A stretch of 64,000 nucleotides of DNA. Source: a bacterium. GTDB lineage: Bacteria; Hydrothermota; Tepidihabitantia; SM23-42; JAOAFX01. Each line of letters begins with the position of its first letter. The first letter of the stretch is position 1. Shown piece after piece: positions 38,167-48,879 of this stretch. The position numbers and the translations under genes are program-made. The stretch spans positions 8,524 through 72,523 of the forward strand of contig DAIRCK010000012.1 in assembly GCA_036796695.1 (NCBI GenBank), given 5' to 3'. The notes below the pieces were generated by a model. The model made no database searches. It saw only the letters and a list, made by a program, of their open reading frames with translations, and had not been told where the DNA came from.

Positions 38167-39270
38167 TTATAATAAAGGTGCCTGTCCCCTTTTTAAGATT
38201 GTTTGAGCAATGTTTAAGGCAGAATTTCTTTTACCCAGTTTTAAAAGATTCTTTTTCATTTCAGCTATTTTTTCGCGATGTGAAAGGAGTTCATATATAA
38301 CCTTCTTTGCATTCTCCTTTGTTATTTTCAATCCTGCATTATGTTTGATAAAAAATTCTTCGTTTTTATCCTCAAGCCCTGGTATTGAATTAGCAAATAA
38401 AAGACAGGGACCAGCCTTTGTTGCCTCAGTCGTTGTTATACCACCTGCTTTTGTGATTAAAATATCGCAGACCGCTATCAATTCCTGAATTTTATCAACC
38501 ATTCCATAGACTTTCAGATTTGCCCTGCCTTTAAGTTTCTTTATCCTCTCCATCACCTCTTTATTTTCACCGCACAAAACGAGCAGGTCATAATCGAAGT
38601 CAACGATTTCCTGCACAATCTCAAACCATTCTCCACCAAATACCTTACTCCCCATAACCACAACCGAAATCCTTTCTAAAGACAATCCAAATCGTTTTCG
38701 TGCCGCATCTCTGTCAATCTCACCTTCTAGGGCAATATTTACAGGTATACCAAATGGATGGATCTGCGCTGCCTTAGCCCCGTATTTTAATATCTGTTCA
38801 CTCAAATCTTCGTTCGGGATAAAATAGTCATCGATCTCTTTATTAACCCAGTGGGGATGTATATAATAATCAGTTATAACCACGCCAATTCTAAATCCAA
38901 AATTTTTTTTGTATATTGCAGAATAATATGCTGGAGAAAAATGGGTACATAATATATAATCGGGTTTGTATTCCTGGATTAAATCAGAAAATCTACAGGC
39001 GGTCATTTTATGAAATGCATAGAGTGTTTTATCCCCTCCGGTTTTAACTCCCACACCCTGATAAAAGATCTTTAGAATCCAGGTGGCATTTTTCTGACAG
39101 TATTCATAAATATTTTTATACATAAATCCATAGACCGGTAAGACCCATTTGAAGCAATCTTCAAATCTGACCTGTGATTCTGGTGACAATCTTTCTATCC
39201 CCTGTTTTATTGCATTTGCTGCCTTAATATGCCCGGCACCAATCGGCACTGCAAGAAGAAGAACTTTCAT
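38167..39270 (-). CDS. GT28-family diacylglycerol glycosyltransferase (MGDG synthase / UgtP-like)
   Basis: MGDG_synth-type N-terminus (LLAVPIGAGHIKAANAI) and a C-terminal GT-B domain (GGITTTEA). Confidence 0.75.
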   Translation of the reverse strand: MKVLLLAVPIGAGHIKAANAIKQGIERLSPESQVRFEDCFKWVLPVYGFMYKNIYEYCQKNATWILKIFYQGVGVKTGGDKTLYAFHKMTACRFSDLIQEYKPDYILCTHFSPAYYSAIYKKNFGFRIGVVITDYYIHPHWVNKEIDDYFIPNEDLSEQILKYGAKAAQIHPFGIPVNIALEGEIDRDAARKRFGLSLERISVVVMGSKVFGGEWFEIVQEIVDFDYDLLVLCGENKEVMERIKKLKGRANLKVYGMVDKIQELIAVCDILITKAGGITTTEATKAGPCLLFANSIPGLEDKNEEFFIKHNAGLKITKENAKKVIYELLSHREKIAEMKKNLLKLGKRNSALNIAQTILKRGQAPLL

Positions 39271-39275
39271 AGAAA

Positions 39276-39303
39276 ATTATATAGATTTAACCTAAATTTT
39301 CAA
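39276..39303 (-). promoter_or_regulatory. Promoter TTGAAA-N16-TATAAT (minus strand), 5 nt upstream of the ATG of the GT28 gene; leaderless
   Basis: Read on the reverse complement of 39271-39310. Confidence 0.5.
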
Positions 39304-39316
39304 GGGCGTTTTTTGA

Positions 39317-40546
39317 TTAACCAAACAATAATAGCGTCACAATACCAATGGCAAGGGTGACGATTGTAAGAGGTAAGCCAAGTTTTAAATATTCAAAAAA
39401 ACCTACCTTTACCCCTTCTTTTTCGGCTGATTCAAAGACAATGATATTGGCAACCGAGCCAATTATGGTAAGATTACCTGCCAGGGTTGAAGACATAGCA
39501 AGCGTAAGCCAGGCAAGTTTAGAATTTGCTAAACCAGCGAAAAAATGAGAAAATAATATAACTGCGGGAACATTACTTACAATATTAGATAAAACCGTTG
39601 AACCAATTGCCAAATTGAGGATTTGTGAAAGTTTACCATCAGAAAGATAATTTTTTACATATGCGAAGATCGATAAGGTTATTCCTGATTTTTCCATCCC
39701 GTGCATCACAATAAATAAACCAGCAAAGAATAAAAGCAATTGCCAGTCTACTTCTTCTAATGCCTTTCTTGGCTTATCTGCACCGGCAAGAATCAGAAAA
39801 CAGGCAAGGGTGATTGCAACATTCTGCGGGCTATAACCAAGACAGAGAAAGATAAGAAGCAGAATCAATGTAATAAATGATGCTATGAAGAGCCTTTTCT
39901 GAATAACAATTTTGTTTTCATCAAAATTAAGATTAATCTTTTTACCTGAAAAATCCCTTTGGTAAATTAAACGGATGAGTAAAAAATTAATTAATAATCC
40001 TATGATTGAAACCGGTGACAGAATTCTTAAAAATTCCAGGAAATGAATTTTTGAATAGAGACCGATAAGCATATTTTGTGGATTGCCGATAATGGTCATT
40101 GTGCTACCGATATTTGAAGATGTTGCTAGGGCAATCAGATAAGGAATCGGTTTGAGCTGTGCTTTTTTAACAATCCTCAAAACAATCGGTGTAAATAGAA
40201 GGCATATTGTATCATTCATAAAAAAACTCGATGCAATCCCGGATGATATTATTAAAAAAAACAGTAGTCCTGAAGCACTTTTTGCCCTTTTTAATATCCA
40301 TCTTTCAACCATCTCAAAAAAACCAGATAATTCCATATATGCGATAATAATCATCATACCCAGGATGAATAATATTATATCAAGGTCAATTGCTGCATAT
40401 GCTTCTCTTACCGAAATGACACCGAAAAATACCATTGCCACTGCCCCTAAAAGTGCACCCGCAGTTCGATTGATATGAATACCCGGGATATTCTGGATTC
40501 CAATCAGAATATATGTTATGATAAATATTATAATCGCAGGGTTCAT
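39317..40546 (-). CDS. ArsB/NhaD-superfamily anion permease
   Basis: About 12 TM helices with ArsB/CitT-like internal repeats. Confidence 0.65.
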   Translation of the reverse strand: MNPAIIIFIITYILIGIQNIPGIHINRTAGALLGAVAMVFFGVISVREAYAAIDLDIILFILGMMIIIAYMELSGFFEMVERWILKRAKSASGLLFFLIISSGIASSFFMNDTICLLFTPIVLRIVKKAQLKPIPYLIALATSSNIGSTMTIIGNPQNMLIGLYSKIHFLEFLRILSPVSIIGLLINFLLIRLIYQRDFSGKKINLNFDENKIVIQKRLFIASFITLILLLIFLCLGYSPQNVAITLACFLILAGADKPRKALEEVDWQLLLFFAGLFIVMHGMEKSGITLSIFAYVKNYLSDGKLSQILNLAIGSTVLSNIVSNVPAVILFSHFFAGLANSKLAWLTLAMSSTLAGNLTIIGSVANIIVFESAEKEGVKVGFFEYLKLGLPLTIVTLAIGIVTLLLFG

Positions 40547-40646
40547 ACAGAAATTCTATCCTTGCCGATGAATGTAGTAATAATTCTCCATTTCCATCAC
40601 AGAGATTATATATATTTTTTCGAAAAAGTCAATCAGATGTATCCTA

Positions 40647-40674
40647 TTGACTATTCAATTTTTTTGCCTATAAT
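40647..40674 (+). promoter_or_regulatory. Promoter TTGACT-N16-TATAAT, 9 nt upstream of the glnA ATG; leaderless or near-leaderless
   Basis: A perfect -10 and a near-perfect -35. Confidence 0.55.
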
Positions 40675-40683
40675 TATTTTACA

Positions 40684-42030
40684 ATGACAAAAAAAAATAT
40701 AATTGACCAAAAAAGACAATTAATCAAAGAAGGTATAAAATTTATTGACCTGAAGTATTGCACCCTCATTGGAACACTAAATCACATCACGATCCCGGTT
40801 GAACGTTTTGATGAGATAATTGCTGAAGGTGTCGGGGTTGATGGCTCAAGTCTACCCGGATACAAAGGTGTGCAGAAAGGTGATATGCTCTTATTTCCAG
40901 ATTTAGAGACTGGATTTATTGACCCTTTCTTTGAAGATAAAACGATTTCTTTCTTATGCAGTGTTTATCTGCCGGATAAATTGATTCCTTATGAACGGGA
41001 TTCAAGAAATATTGCTAAAAAGGCAACGAATTATTTAAAAAAAGTCCTTGATACCCAGGCATTTTTTCAACCTGAACTTGAATTTTATGTGTTTGAAAAA
41101 TGCGCATATGGTGAAGGTCCTGGTTATGGTTATTATCGGATTGAATCAGGCGATGAAACAGGGAACACAACAATTTATCCTATACGGTATAAAGGTGGAT
41201 ATCATATTGGTCCACCCGAAGACCGTTATGCAAATTTCCGCAATGAATTGGTAAAATTGCTCAACCAGTGTGGAATAAGGGCAAAATATCATCACCATGA
41301 AGTAGGCTCAAAAGGACAGATGGAGATAGAATTGTTGCTGGAACCACTGGTTAAATCTGCAGATAATCTATTTCTGGCAAGATATCTTTTGAAATCCTTT
41401 GCGAAAAATCGGAATATTTTTCTAACATTTATGCCCAAACCATTCATAGGCGAACCCGGGAATGGCCTCCATCTCCATCAATATCTTGGAAAAAAGAATA
41501 AATCATTATTTTATGACCCCAAATCCGAAGGAAACTTGAGCGAATTATGTCTGAAATATATTGGTGGCATTCTCCACCATTCACGGGCCCTCTGTGCTTT
41601 TACTAATCCGAGCACGAACTCGTATAAAAGGCTGATTCCCGGTTTTGAGGCACCAACCTATACAGATTTTGCTTTAGGCAGCAGGACCTCTGCAATTCGT
41701 GTTCCTGCATATATAAGAAACAAAAAAGAACTTGATATAGAATATCGTATCCCGGACGCAACAAGCAATCCATATCTGGCAATGAGCGCTGTGCTTCTCG
41801 CCGGGCTTGATGGAATAGAAAAAAATCTGAAACCGGATAAAAAAGAAAAACTGCCAACAAATTCTTATGAAGCGATAAATGCATTAAAGGAAGACCATAA
41901 ATTCCTGCTAAAAGGTGATGTATTTAATACCGACCTTATTGAACGATGGATTGAAGTAAAAACAAAGGAATTTGAAGAAGTTCATTTAAGACCACATCCT
42001 TATGAGTTTAATCTATATTTAGGTGTATGA
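40684..42030 (+). CDS. glnA: Glutamine synthetase type I
   Basis: GS beta-grasp and catalytic motifs (…KPF-GE-GNG-H-H…, …SNPYLA-SA-L-AG…). Confidence 0.9.
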   Translation: MTKKNIIDQKRQLIKEGIKFIDLKYCTLIGTLNHITIPVERFDEIIAEGVGVDGSSLPGYKGVQKGDMLLFPDLETGFIDPFFEDKTISFLCSVYLPDKLIPYERDSRNIAKKATNYLKKVLDTQAFFQPELEFYVFEKCAYGEGPGYGYYRIESGDETGNTTIYPIRYKGGYHIGPPEDRYANFRNELVKLLNQCGIRAKYHHHEVGSKGQMEIELLLEPLVKSADNLFLARYLLKSFAKNRNIFLTFMPKPFIGEPGNGLHLHQYLGKKNKSLFYDPKSEGNLSELCLKYIGGILHHSRALCAFTNPSTNSYKRLIPGFEAPTYTDFALGSRTSAIRVPAYIRNKKELDIEYRIPDATSNPYLAMSAVLLAGLDGIEKNLKPDKKEKLPTNSYEAINALKEDHKFLLKGDVFNTDLIERWIEVKTKEFEEVHLRPHPYEFNLYLGV

Positions 42031-43034
42031 AAAAGACAATTAAAATTGGTATTGTTGGCTGCGGTGCCCATGCCCAGATCGCCCATATCCCTATCTTTAA
42101 AAAGAATAATGATTGCAATTTGATTGCATTGTGTGATACAGATATTCAAAAGGTTGAACAACTCGCAAATAAATATAGTATTCCAAAGAGATATAGCGAT
42201 TTTCAAGAAATGATAGAAGACAAAGAGATAGATGCGATAGTCGTCTCTACGCCCAATTATCTCCACGCACCGATGACGATCGCAGCCCTGAAATTTGGTA
42301 AAGATGTTCTTTGTGAAAATCCGATGGCGATAAATATAAATGAAGCCCAGGACATAGTAAAGGTCTCAAAGGAAACCAAAAGGCAGGTAGCGGTTGCCCT
42401 CACTGGAAGATTCAGACCCGATGTCCAAACATTAAAGAAATTTATTAAAGAAGGCGAACTCGGCGATATTTATTATTTAAAGGCAGGCTGGCTTTTGGGA
42501 ATGAAAGAATGGGTCCTATCTGACTGGCGGATGGACCTTTTAAAAAGTGGGGGTGGTGCATTCTTGACACTTGGCACTCAGATTCTTGCAGTTGCGAGCC
42601 ACTTTCTTGAAGACAAAGAATTTGATACAATTTTTGGCTCTATACACAAAAAAGAATCTGATGCTGAAGTTGAAGATACCGCACTCTGTATAATTAACTA
42701 TAAAGATGGTACCTTACTCACGATTGAGGTAGGGTGGTCGCTTTTATTTGATAAGGACTTTTTATATTGTAATATATTTGGGAAAAAAGGCGGGGCATTA
42801 CTCAATCCATTAAAAATTCATAAAGAATTGCACAATGAATTAGTGAATGTAACTCCATCAATCCCTGCCAAAAATCTTTATAAGATTGCCTGTGAACTCC
42901 AGGCACAATTTTTTATTGATGCAACCAGAAAAGGCACAAAACCTCCCTTTACTGCTGAGGATGGCTTATTGATTGCTCGTGTTACTGACGCCTTCTATGA
43001 ATCGGCAAATAAAAATAAAATGGTAAAGATTTAA
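42027..43034 (+). CDS. Gfo/Idh/MocA-family NAD(P)-dependent oxidoreductase
   Basis: IGIVGCGAHAQIAHIPIF...EKPMA. Confidence 0.8.
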   Translation: MKKTIKIGIVGCGAHAQIAHIPIFKKNNDCNLIALCDTDIQKVEQLANKYSIPKRYSDFQEMIEDKEIDAIVVSTPNYLHAPMTIAALKFGKDVLCENPMAININEAQDIVKVSKETKRQVAVALTGRFRPDVQTLKKFIKEGELGDIYYLKAGWLLGMKEWVLSDWRMDLLKSGGGAFLTLGTQILAVASHFLEDKEFDTIFGSIHKKESDAEVEDTALCIINYKDGTLLTIEVGWSLLFDKDFLYCNIFGKKGGALLNPLKIHKELHNELVNVTPSIPAKNLYKIACELQAQFFIDATRKGTKPPFTAEDGLLIARVTDAFYESANKNKMVKI

Positions 43035-43043
43035 AAATGTCCG

Positions 43044-44516
43044 ATGAAAAATTTTTTGTTGATTCTACTTTCGGCAATACTTTTATCACTCTCTTTTCAT
43101 CCACTCGGACTTAATTTCCTCGCCTGGTTTGGACTCGTTCCACTCCTTTTCACAATTTATAATTCCAGTCTTTCAAAAACATTTTTTTATGGCTTGATCT
43201 TCGGTTTTTTATTCTCCCTATTCTCCCTTTTCTGGATTGTATTCCTCCAGATAGAGACAAATATAAAGTTGTTAATGGTCTTCGGAATGTTCGTTATGTT
43301 CCTTTATATCGGTCTTTATATGGCTGTGGGTTTACTACTTTCAAAATTAATCGGTCTCTGGTCATTGCCTTTTATATGGGCTGGGCTTGAATATTTAAAA
43401 GGACTCGGTGAGCTCGGCTTTCCCTGGCTTTCAATAGGTTATTCCCAAGCCCGTTATACTTTGATAATCCAGCAGGCTTCTATTTATGGTGTTTATGGGA
43501 TATCGTTCTGGTTGGTCCTTCTCAATTTAGCAATTTTTTATTATTTATTAGACAGAAAGATAAAAAATTTATTGGTTTTAATCATAATCTTCATAATCCC
43601 TGTTTTATTCGGTTATATAAGATTACAGAGTAAACCCTTGCAATCCAAAGAGGTCTCAGTCGGCATTGTCCAGCCAAACATTGACCCGAATTTAAAATTT
43701 AGTGCCGCAATGCGTGATCAAACATTTGATCACCTTATAAGACTTTCTGAAATGTGTCAGGAAAAAAATCCGAACCGAAGACTCAATCTTATTGTCTGGC
43801 CCGAAACTGCAACACCGATTTTTATTGTGAACCCAGGAGTTTATCAGGATAAAGTAATTGATTTAGTAGATAGACTTGATATTCCCGTATTAACGGGCAC
43901 ACCTTTGTATGACAGAAAAAAACAGGAAATTTATAATGGAGCGGTATTGATCGAACCCAAAAAAGGCATAACCCAGGAATATAAAAAACTCCATCTTGTG
44001 CCATTTGGCGAGCACATTCCATTCGATAAATATATTCCGGTATTTAGAAAGATCGACTTTGGTGAAGGCGATTACGCACCGGGTAATGAATACACAGTTT
44101 TTTCTACAGACAGGGTTAAATTCTCCTGTTTGATCTGTTTTGAATCAATATTCCCTGAGCTCTCAAGGGAATTCGTACGCCGGGGTGCAGAACTCCTTGT
44201 CAATATTACAAATGATGGCTGGTTTGGTAAAATCTCTGGCCCCCAGCAGCACAATGATATGGCAATCCTGCGCACTGTGGAATGTGGAGTTCCGCTGGTG
44301 CGCAGTGCCAATACCGGCATCTCAATGGTCGTTGATCAGTATGGTAGGGTTTTAACTGAAAAAGAACTTTTTAAAGAGGATATCATATCCAGCACCTTTT
44401 TTATCTATAATATAAAAACTATTTATCTCATTATCGGCGATTTGTTCTGGATATTATCACTTCTCTTTATCCCTTTAATTTCTATCTATAAAATTTTTAT
44501 CAGAAGATTTGTATAA
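43044..44516 (+). CDS. lnt: Apolipoprotein N-acyltransferase
   Basis: An N-terminal multi-TM region plus the CN-hydrolase domain with the E...K...C triad region (…VWPETA…, …CFESIFPE…). Confidence 0.85.
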   Translation: MKNFLLILLSAILLSLSFHPLGLNFLAWFGLVPLLFTIYNSSLSKTFFYGLIFGFLFSLFSLFWIVFLQIETNIKLLMVFGMFVMFLYIGLYMAVGLLLSKLIGLWSLPFIWAGLEYLKGLGELGFPWLSIGYSQARYTLIIQQASIYGVYGISFWLVLLNLAIFYYLLDRKIKNLLVLIIIFIIPVLFGYIRLQSKPLQSKEVSVGIVQPNIDPNLKFSAAMRDQTFDHLIRLSEMCQEKNPNRRLNLIVWPETATPIFIVNPGVYQDKVIDLVDRLDIPVLTGTPLYDRKKQEIYNGAVLIEPKKGITQEYKKLHLVPFGEHIPFDKYIPVFRKIDFGEGDYAPGNEYTVFSTDRVKFSCLICFESIFPELSREFVRRGAELLVNITNDGWFGKISGPQQHNDMAILRTVECGVPLVRSANTGISMVVDQYGRVLTEKELFKEDIISSTFFIYNIKTIYLIIGDLFWILSLLFIPLISIYKIFIRRFV

Positions 44517-44520
44517 AAAA

Positions 44521-44546
44521 GTGCTCCCCCTATTCTGAGGGAGCAC
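44521..44546 (-). terminator. Hairpin gtgctccc/cctattctga/gggagcac, followed on the minus strand by TTTTTTA; terminator for the 1084-aa minus-strand gene, shared with the 3' end of lnt
   Basis: An 8-bp GC-rich stem with a T-run on the minus strand. Confidence 0.6.
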
Positions 44547-44571
44547 TCAATCTAATAATATCAATCGGTAT

Positions 44572-47500
44572 TTATTTCATCATCAGGATTTTGTGCGTAA
44601 TCCTTTTCTCACCTGCTGTCATTCGGACAAAATAGACACCCGAAGGTAATCTCCTGTTGTTTTCATCAATGCCATTCCATCTGATAGAATAAATTCCTTT
44701 ATCTAAGTTCTTTTTTACAAGCGTCTTTACATTCTGTCCTATTGCATTGTAGATTGCGATTTCTAAATCCCCTGATTGTTGAATTCCATATTGAATAACA
44801 ATTTCTTTAGTAAATGGGTTTGGACTTGCATTTAAGAAATATTCAATCTTTTTATCTTTATTCACCTCAGATATACCGACATTGAAGTCAAGGACAAAGT
44901 CGTCAATCATCCAGTAAAATTCATCATTTGCAACATAATGGAATGCAAAGCGCACATTATTATAACCGGCAACGATTGGAGTAATATCTACATATTTATA
45001 GCCAGAATCATCAAGATTGGAATAGATATGGATGGTCTGCCAGTTCGTTCCACCATCAGTGCTCACCAAAACCCGGCCTGAATCCAAACGGTCAGTAGTA
45101 TAGTCATTATAATAATGCCAGTAACTAAGGTTGTATATTCCGTTTACACTACAATCAAACCTCGGGGATACCAGCCAGTCATTATGTAACTCAACCGGTG
45201 ACCAGTAAACCCGGGCAACGGTCCTTGGTGGACTTGCTGAAACCAACCTGTGCCAGTCATTATTATCAATCACTTGTGGGGTTTGAGAACCACCATCAAT
45301 TATATACCATCCGCAATAAGGTGGTTCAGTGGAGTTGAGCCAGGGTTCATCAAAATTTGCAGTATAAGGAGGATTATGGTATTCTGGGCAGATCGTAAAC
45401 CTGATGGATGTGGTGTCATTTGCAGGATTTTCGTCTGTAGCCAATCTCACACCTGCCCAGAGGGTATCTTCGCCTGAAACCATAGGTATGAATCCCTGGG
45501 TAAATGTATATGTTGCGACCTCGCCTATGGATAGATTACCGGTCCAGGTTTCCCAGGTTGTATCCACAACACCGGTTGTATAGAAAACAGGCAATGATGT
45601 CAGTGTGTTTAAACCAAAGTTTTTAATCTGGATTCTCACTTCTGCAGGATTATTTACCACTACCGGTTTCTTTATGGTCATTCCTATCACCCCGGCATCG
45701 TTATTAAGCGAAGTAGGTGTTGTTGCGAATACACGCACAGAGTCAATGAACATATTATTGCCATATCCACTACGGGCACGGAATCCGACATAGACTTTCT
45801 TATTAGCGGAAAAATCACCTATCTCCACATCATGAACATACCAGTTAGCAACTGGATTATACCTGTGGAATGCCGCAACTGGATAATAAGCAGTATCATT
45901 ATATGAATACTCAACAATAATGGAATCAGCGTTTGTGGAATAACCAGGGTCTTTAAACATATAGAATCTAAGTTTCAATTTTCTGTGTTGAGGTCCGATG
46001 TCAATGATGTGTGTCCGCAATCTTGAGGCAGAACCAGAGGATGCAGAAAACGATGGATAACCAGCCATTGCATAACCTTCAAGTGGTGAGCAAGTTGGAT
46101 TTGAACCTGTTGTATATCGTGTCCAGTTGTATGTTCCGGCAAGGACTGTCCGCCACCAGGTATAAGGGGTGTTAATCGCTGGTGATGTTGAAGCATTTGC
46201 TGGTGGAAATAGTATTGTATTAAATCCAGAAGCAACCTTTGTGCTCTCATCATATACCTCAATATGGAGTTTTGTTGTATCATTAACAGGATTGACATCT
46301 CCTGCGAGGTTTGTGAAGACAATTAAAGTATCCAATCCCAGAAAGTTCATAACAACTGGGATCTTTACCGAGTCGATTGCACCACAGGGAAGTGTTCCAG
46401 AATAGGTGACTGAACCATTTATGGGATTATTTTTGAATCTGAATTGAACCTGAAAACCGGATTGGGGATTGGAACCTGAATTAAAGATGGTGGCAATGAT
46501 TGTATCTGGTGAATTAATGATTGATGTAGGATTCACCATTCTGATATAATATGTTCCGATGTCATTTATACGATCAACCTGCTGGGCCTCAACCAGAGAA
46601 CCACCACCAGATAGAATAATCTCCTGATTCAAAGTTCGGAATCGGTTGATGTCTCCGATTACAACACCATAATCACTCTGACTTGCCACCGGTTTCTGGA
46701 GAGTCATTATCCAGGCTGACCCATTTGGTGCATACCAGAAGATATAAGGAATTGCAGTTGTGCTTGCTCCACCAACAAGGACGAGTTCATTACCAGGGTT
46801 ATCGGTCAGGACATCACCGATGGCAATTGTATTATCTGTGGTTCCCCAGGTAGTAGTGAAAACCCAGGCAATTCCTGACCAGAATGCACCGGTCCAGTTC
46901 CAGATTGAGACCTGATAACTCGTTCCACCATGAACGACTCCCAGTTCATTACCTGCAAGTAAAGGATTGATATCACCAATGACCAGATCATTGGCATTGC
47001 TGACTCCACTGCTAATTGTTAAAGTATCATAGTTGATTCCATTCCAGTAAACCTGCCAGATTCTTGTTCCACCAACTACATATATTTCATTATCAGGAAG
47101 GTCGGCTCTTATGTCACCCACTGCCACCCCGCGGGCTGAAACTGCACCACTGAGCAAGATTTTTGTGGTATCCCAGGATGTCCCATTCCAGAGCACCTTC
47201 ATAATCGCTGCACTCGGTGTTGATTGTGCGATGTTTATATAAAAATCACGGGTTGCTGGATTATTATCACCATCACCGAATGTGATGTCATTTATTGAGG
47301 CATTCACAGCAAATGAATCACGGGCAACCCAGTTATTGGTGAATGTGCCATCCCACTCAAACCAGATAAGTCTGTAAGGCGAAGCTGAATGTGCGGCAAG
47401 GATATCAGTATATTCATCACCATCAACATCACCAACCCCAACAGCATATGCAGTGCTACCACTGGTAAATGAGTATGGTGTCTCAATACGAAATCCATTC

Positions 47501-47826
47501 TTTACAAAACCTGTGGTCATCGTATCCGTGGCAATGACCAGATACCTGGTCCCACCAGACTGAACAGTGATAATGCGCAGGGTATCGTCGGTGCTTCCTT
47601 TAAAATATTTACCGATTGCAACCCTCCGTGTCAGATTAGCGGTAGCACCTGTCCATACCCGGTTTGTGTCATATGCTGGAGCTGGTGTTCTTATTACTGT
47701 CTCCGCATTTTTTGCAAGAAAGATAGGAATTTCTTTAATCGGCTGGTATTCCTTGGCATAGAGAAACGAAATAGTATATAAGGCCACCAGCACAAGAACC
47801 AGTGAGACTTTTTTTATAGGATTCAT
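44572..47826 (-). CDS. Large secreted FG-GAP repeat protein (1084 aa) with T9SS C-terminal domain
   Basis: A signal peptide; repeated GDVDGD/GDI-AD/GDIN motifs each followed by a G/GG; and the CTD SPNPFTKEIVIQY...AIYNAIGQ...GVYFVRM. Confidence 0.8.
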   Translation of the reverse strand: MNPIKKVSLVLVLVALYTISFLYAKEYQPIKEIPIFLAKNAETVIRTPAPAYDTNRVWTGATANLTRRVAIGKYFKGSTDDTLRIITVQSGGTRYLVIATDTMTTGFVKNGFRIETPYSFTSGSTAYAVGVGDVDGDEYTDILAAHSASPYRLIWFEWDGTFTNNWVARDSFAVNASINDITFGDGDNNPATRDFYINIAQSTPSAAIMKVLWNGTSWDTTKILLSGAVSARGVAVGDIRADLPDNEIYVVGGTRIWQVYWNGINYDTLTISSGVSNANDLVIGDINPLLAGNELGVVHGGTSYQVSIWNWTGAFWSGIAWVFTTTWGTTDNTIAIGDVLTDNPGNELVLVGGASTTAIPYIFWYAPNGSAWIMTLQKPVASQSDYGVVIGDINRFRTLNQEIILSGGGSLVEAQQVDRINDIGTYYIRMVNPTSIINSPDTIIATIFNSGSNPQSGFQVQFRFKNNPINGSVTYSGTLPCGAIDSVKIPVVMNFLGLDTLIVFTNLAGDVNPVNDTTKLHIEVYDESTKVASGFNTILFPPANASTSPAINTPYTWWRTVLAGTYNWTRYTTGSNPTCSPLEGYAMAGYPSFSASSGSASRLRTHIIDIGPQHRKLKLRFYMFKDPGYSTNADSIIVEYSYNDTAYYPVAAFHRYNPVANWYVHDVEIGDFSANKKVYVGFRARSGYGNNMFIDSVRVFATTPTSLNNDAGVIGMTIKKPVVVNNPAEVRIQIKNFGLNTLTSLPVFYTTGVVDTTWETWTGNLSIGEVATYTFTQGFIPMVSGEDTLWAGVRLATDENPANDTTSIRFTICPEYHNPPYTANFDEPWLNSTEPPYCGWYIIDGGSQTPQVIDNNDWHRLVSASPPRTVARVYWSPVELHNDWLVSPRFDCSVNGIYNLSYWHYYNDYTTDRLDSGRVLVSTDGGTNWQTIHIYSNLDDSGYKYVDITPIVAGYNNVRFAFHYVANDEFYWMIDDFVLDFNVGISEVNKDKKIEYFLNASPNPFTKEIVIQYGIQQSGDLEIAIYNAIGQNVKTLVKKNLDKGIYSIRWNGIDENNRRLPSGVYFVRMTAGEKRITHKILMMK

Positions 47827-47891
47827 AATAAACCTCCTGTGCTTAAAATTATATGCATAATTAAGGTCTTTGTCAAGAGAATTGCACGCAC

Positions 47892-47919
47892 TTGACTTTT
47901 CATAAAAAATGTTTAATAT
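47892..47919 (+). promoter_or_regulatory. Promoter TTGACT-N16-TAATAT, 6 nt upstream of the ATG; leaderless
   Basis: Seen directly. Confidence 0.5.
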
Positions 47920-47925
47920 TAGTTT

Positions 47926-48879
47926 ATGAAATTACCCAAGGGCAGACCGATACTTGAGAACACACGACTGGAATTTATTAATCTCGATAATGTATTAACT
48001 GCTTCAAAGCGGGAAAGGGCACATCGTATTTCTGGATACATTTCTATTATCTATCCGGAAATGGAAGAATTGATATTCCTAAAACAGGGAGAACCCTTCA
48101 ATGCTGCAAGGCTTAGTATGAAAGAAAGAACTATAATCCCCATAACCGAGGTCATTGAAAAAGCAAAAAAGGCGACATCAGGGATTTTATCAGAATATGC
48201 AACAGATGAAGTATTGCTCAATATGATTATAACTTCAATCACAAACCAGCCGATAAAAGCAGGTATTGACCTCAATAGACTCCAGCCCAAGATTCTCATA
48301 GATAAATTAAAAACAACAAAATTTGATGGCTTTATCTGGATAAAAGCAGGTATTGAAGAATCTTATATCGCCTTTAAACAAGGAGAACTTCTGGGATTAT
48401 ATGCTGCCGGAACAAATGAAAAAATTCAGGATGAAAACATCGTTTCCAAGTATCTGACCAAACCGAATATCACAATAGCAATATTTGACCGGATTGAAGT
48501 TGGTATGCCGGTTCAGGCAACTCCAGCCCAGGTTGAGATGTTTTGTAAGATTATTGCAGCAATGATGAAGAATTATGCTAAACCACTCGGAAATACAATG
48601 GTATTAAAGACCGTGATAATGGCAAAATCAACTGCCCAGAAAGATTATCCATTTATAAACGAATTTCAAATTGATGCTGATTTTAATATCACTGCCAAAC
48701 TTGTCATAGAGCCTAAAGTCCTTACCCGGGGCATTGCGCGCTGGATGGATTTAATCTTTGAATCCTTTTCTACAATCTTAGGGAAAGAAAGTGAGAACAT
48801 TGCAAAGAAGGTTCTCAATGATTATCGTTTTGCCCTGATGTCTTTGAACTTTTTTGATTACACAAAATTAAAGATTTAA
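47926..48879 (+). CDS. Hypothetical protein (317 aa), no recognisable domain
   Basis: A long ORF with a good promoter and operon context (the stop overlaps the rsmI start). Confidence 0.5.
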   Translation: MKLPKGRPILENTRLEFINLDNVLTASKRERAHRISGYISIIYPEMEELIFLKQGEPFNAARLSMKERTIIPITEVIEKAKKATSGILSEYATDEVLLNMIITSITNQPIKAGIDLNRLQPKILIDKLKTTKFDGFIWIKAGIEESYIAFKQGELLGLYAAGTNEKIQDENIVSKYLTKPNITIAIFDRIEVGMPVQATPAQVEMFCKIIAAMMKNYAKPLGNTMVLKTVIMAKSTAQKDYPFINEFQIDADFNITAKLVIEPKVLTRGIARWMDLIFESFSTILGKESENIAKKVLNDYRFALMSLNFFDYTKLKI

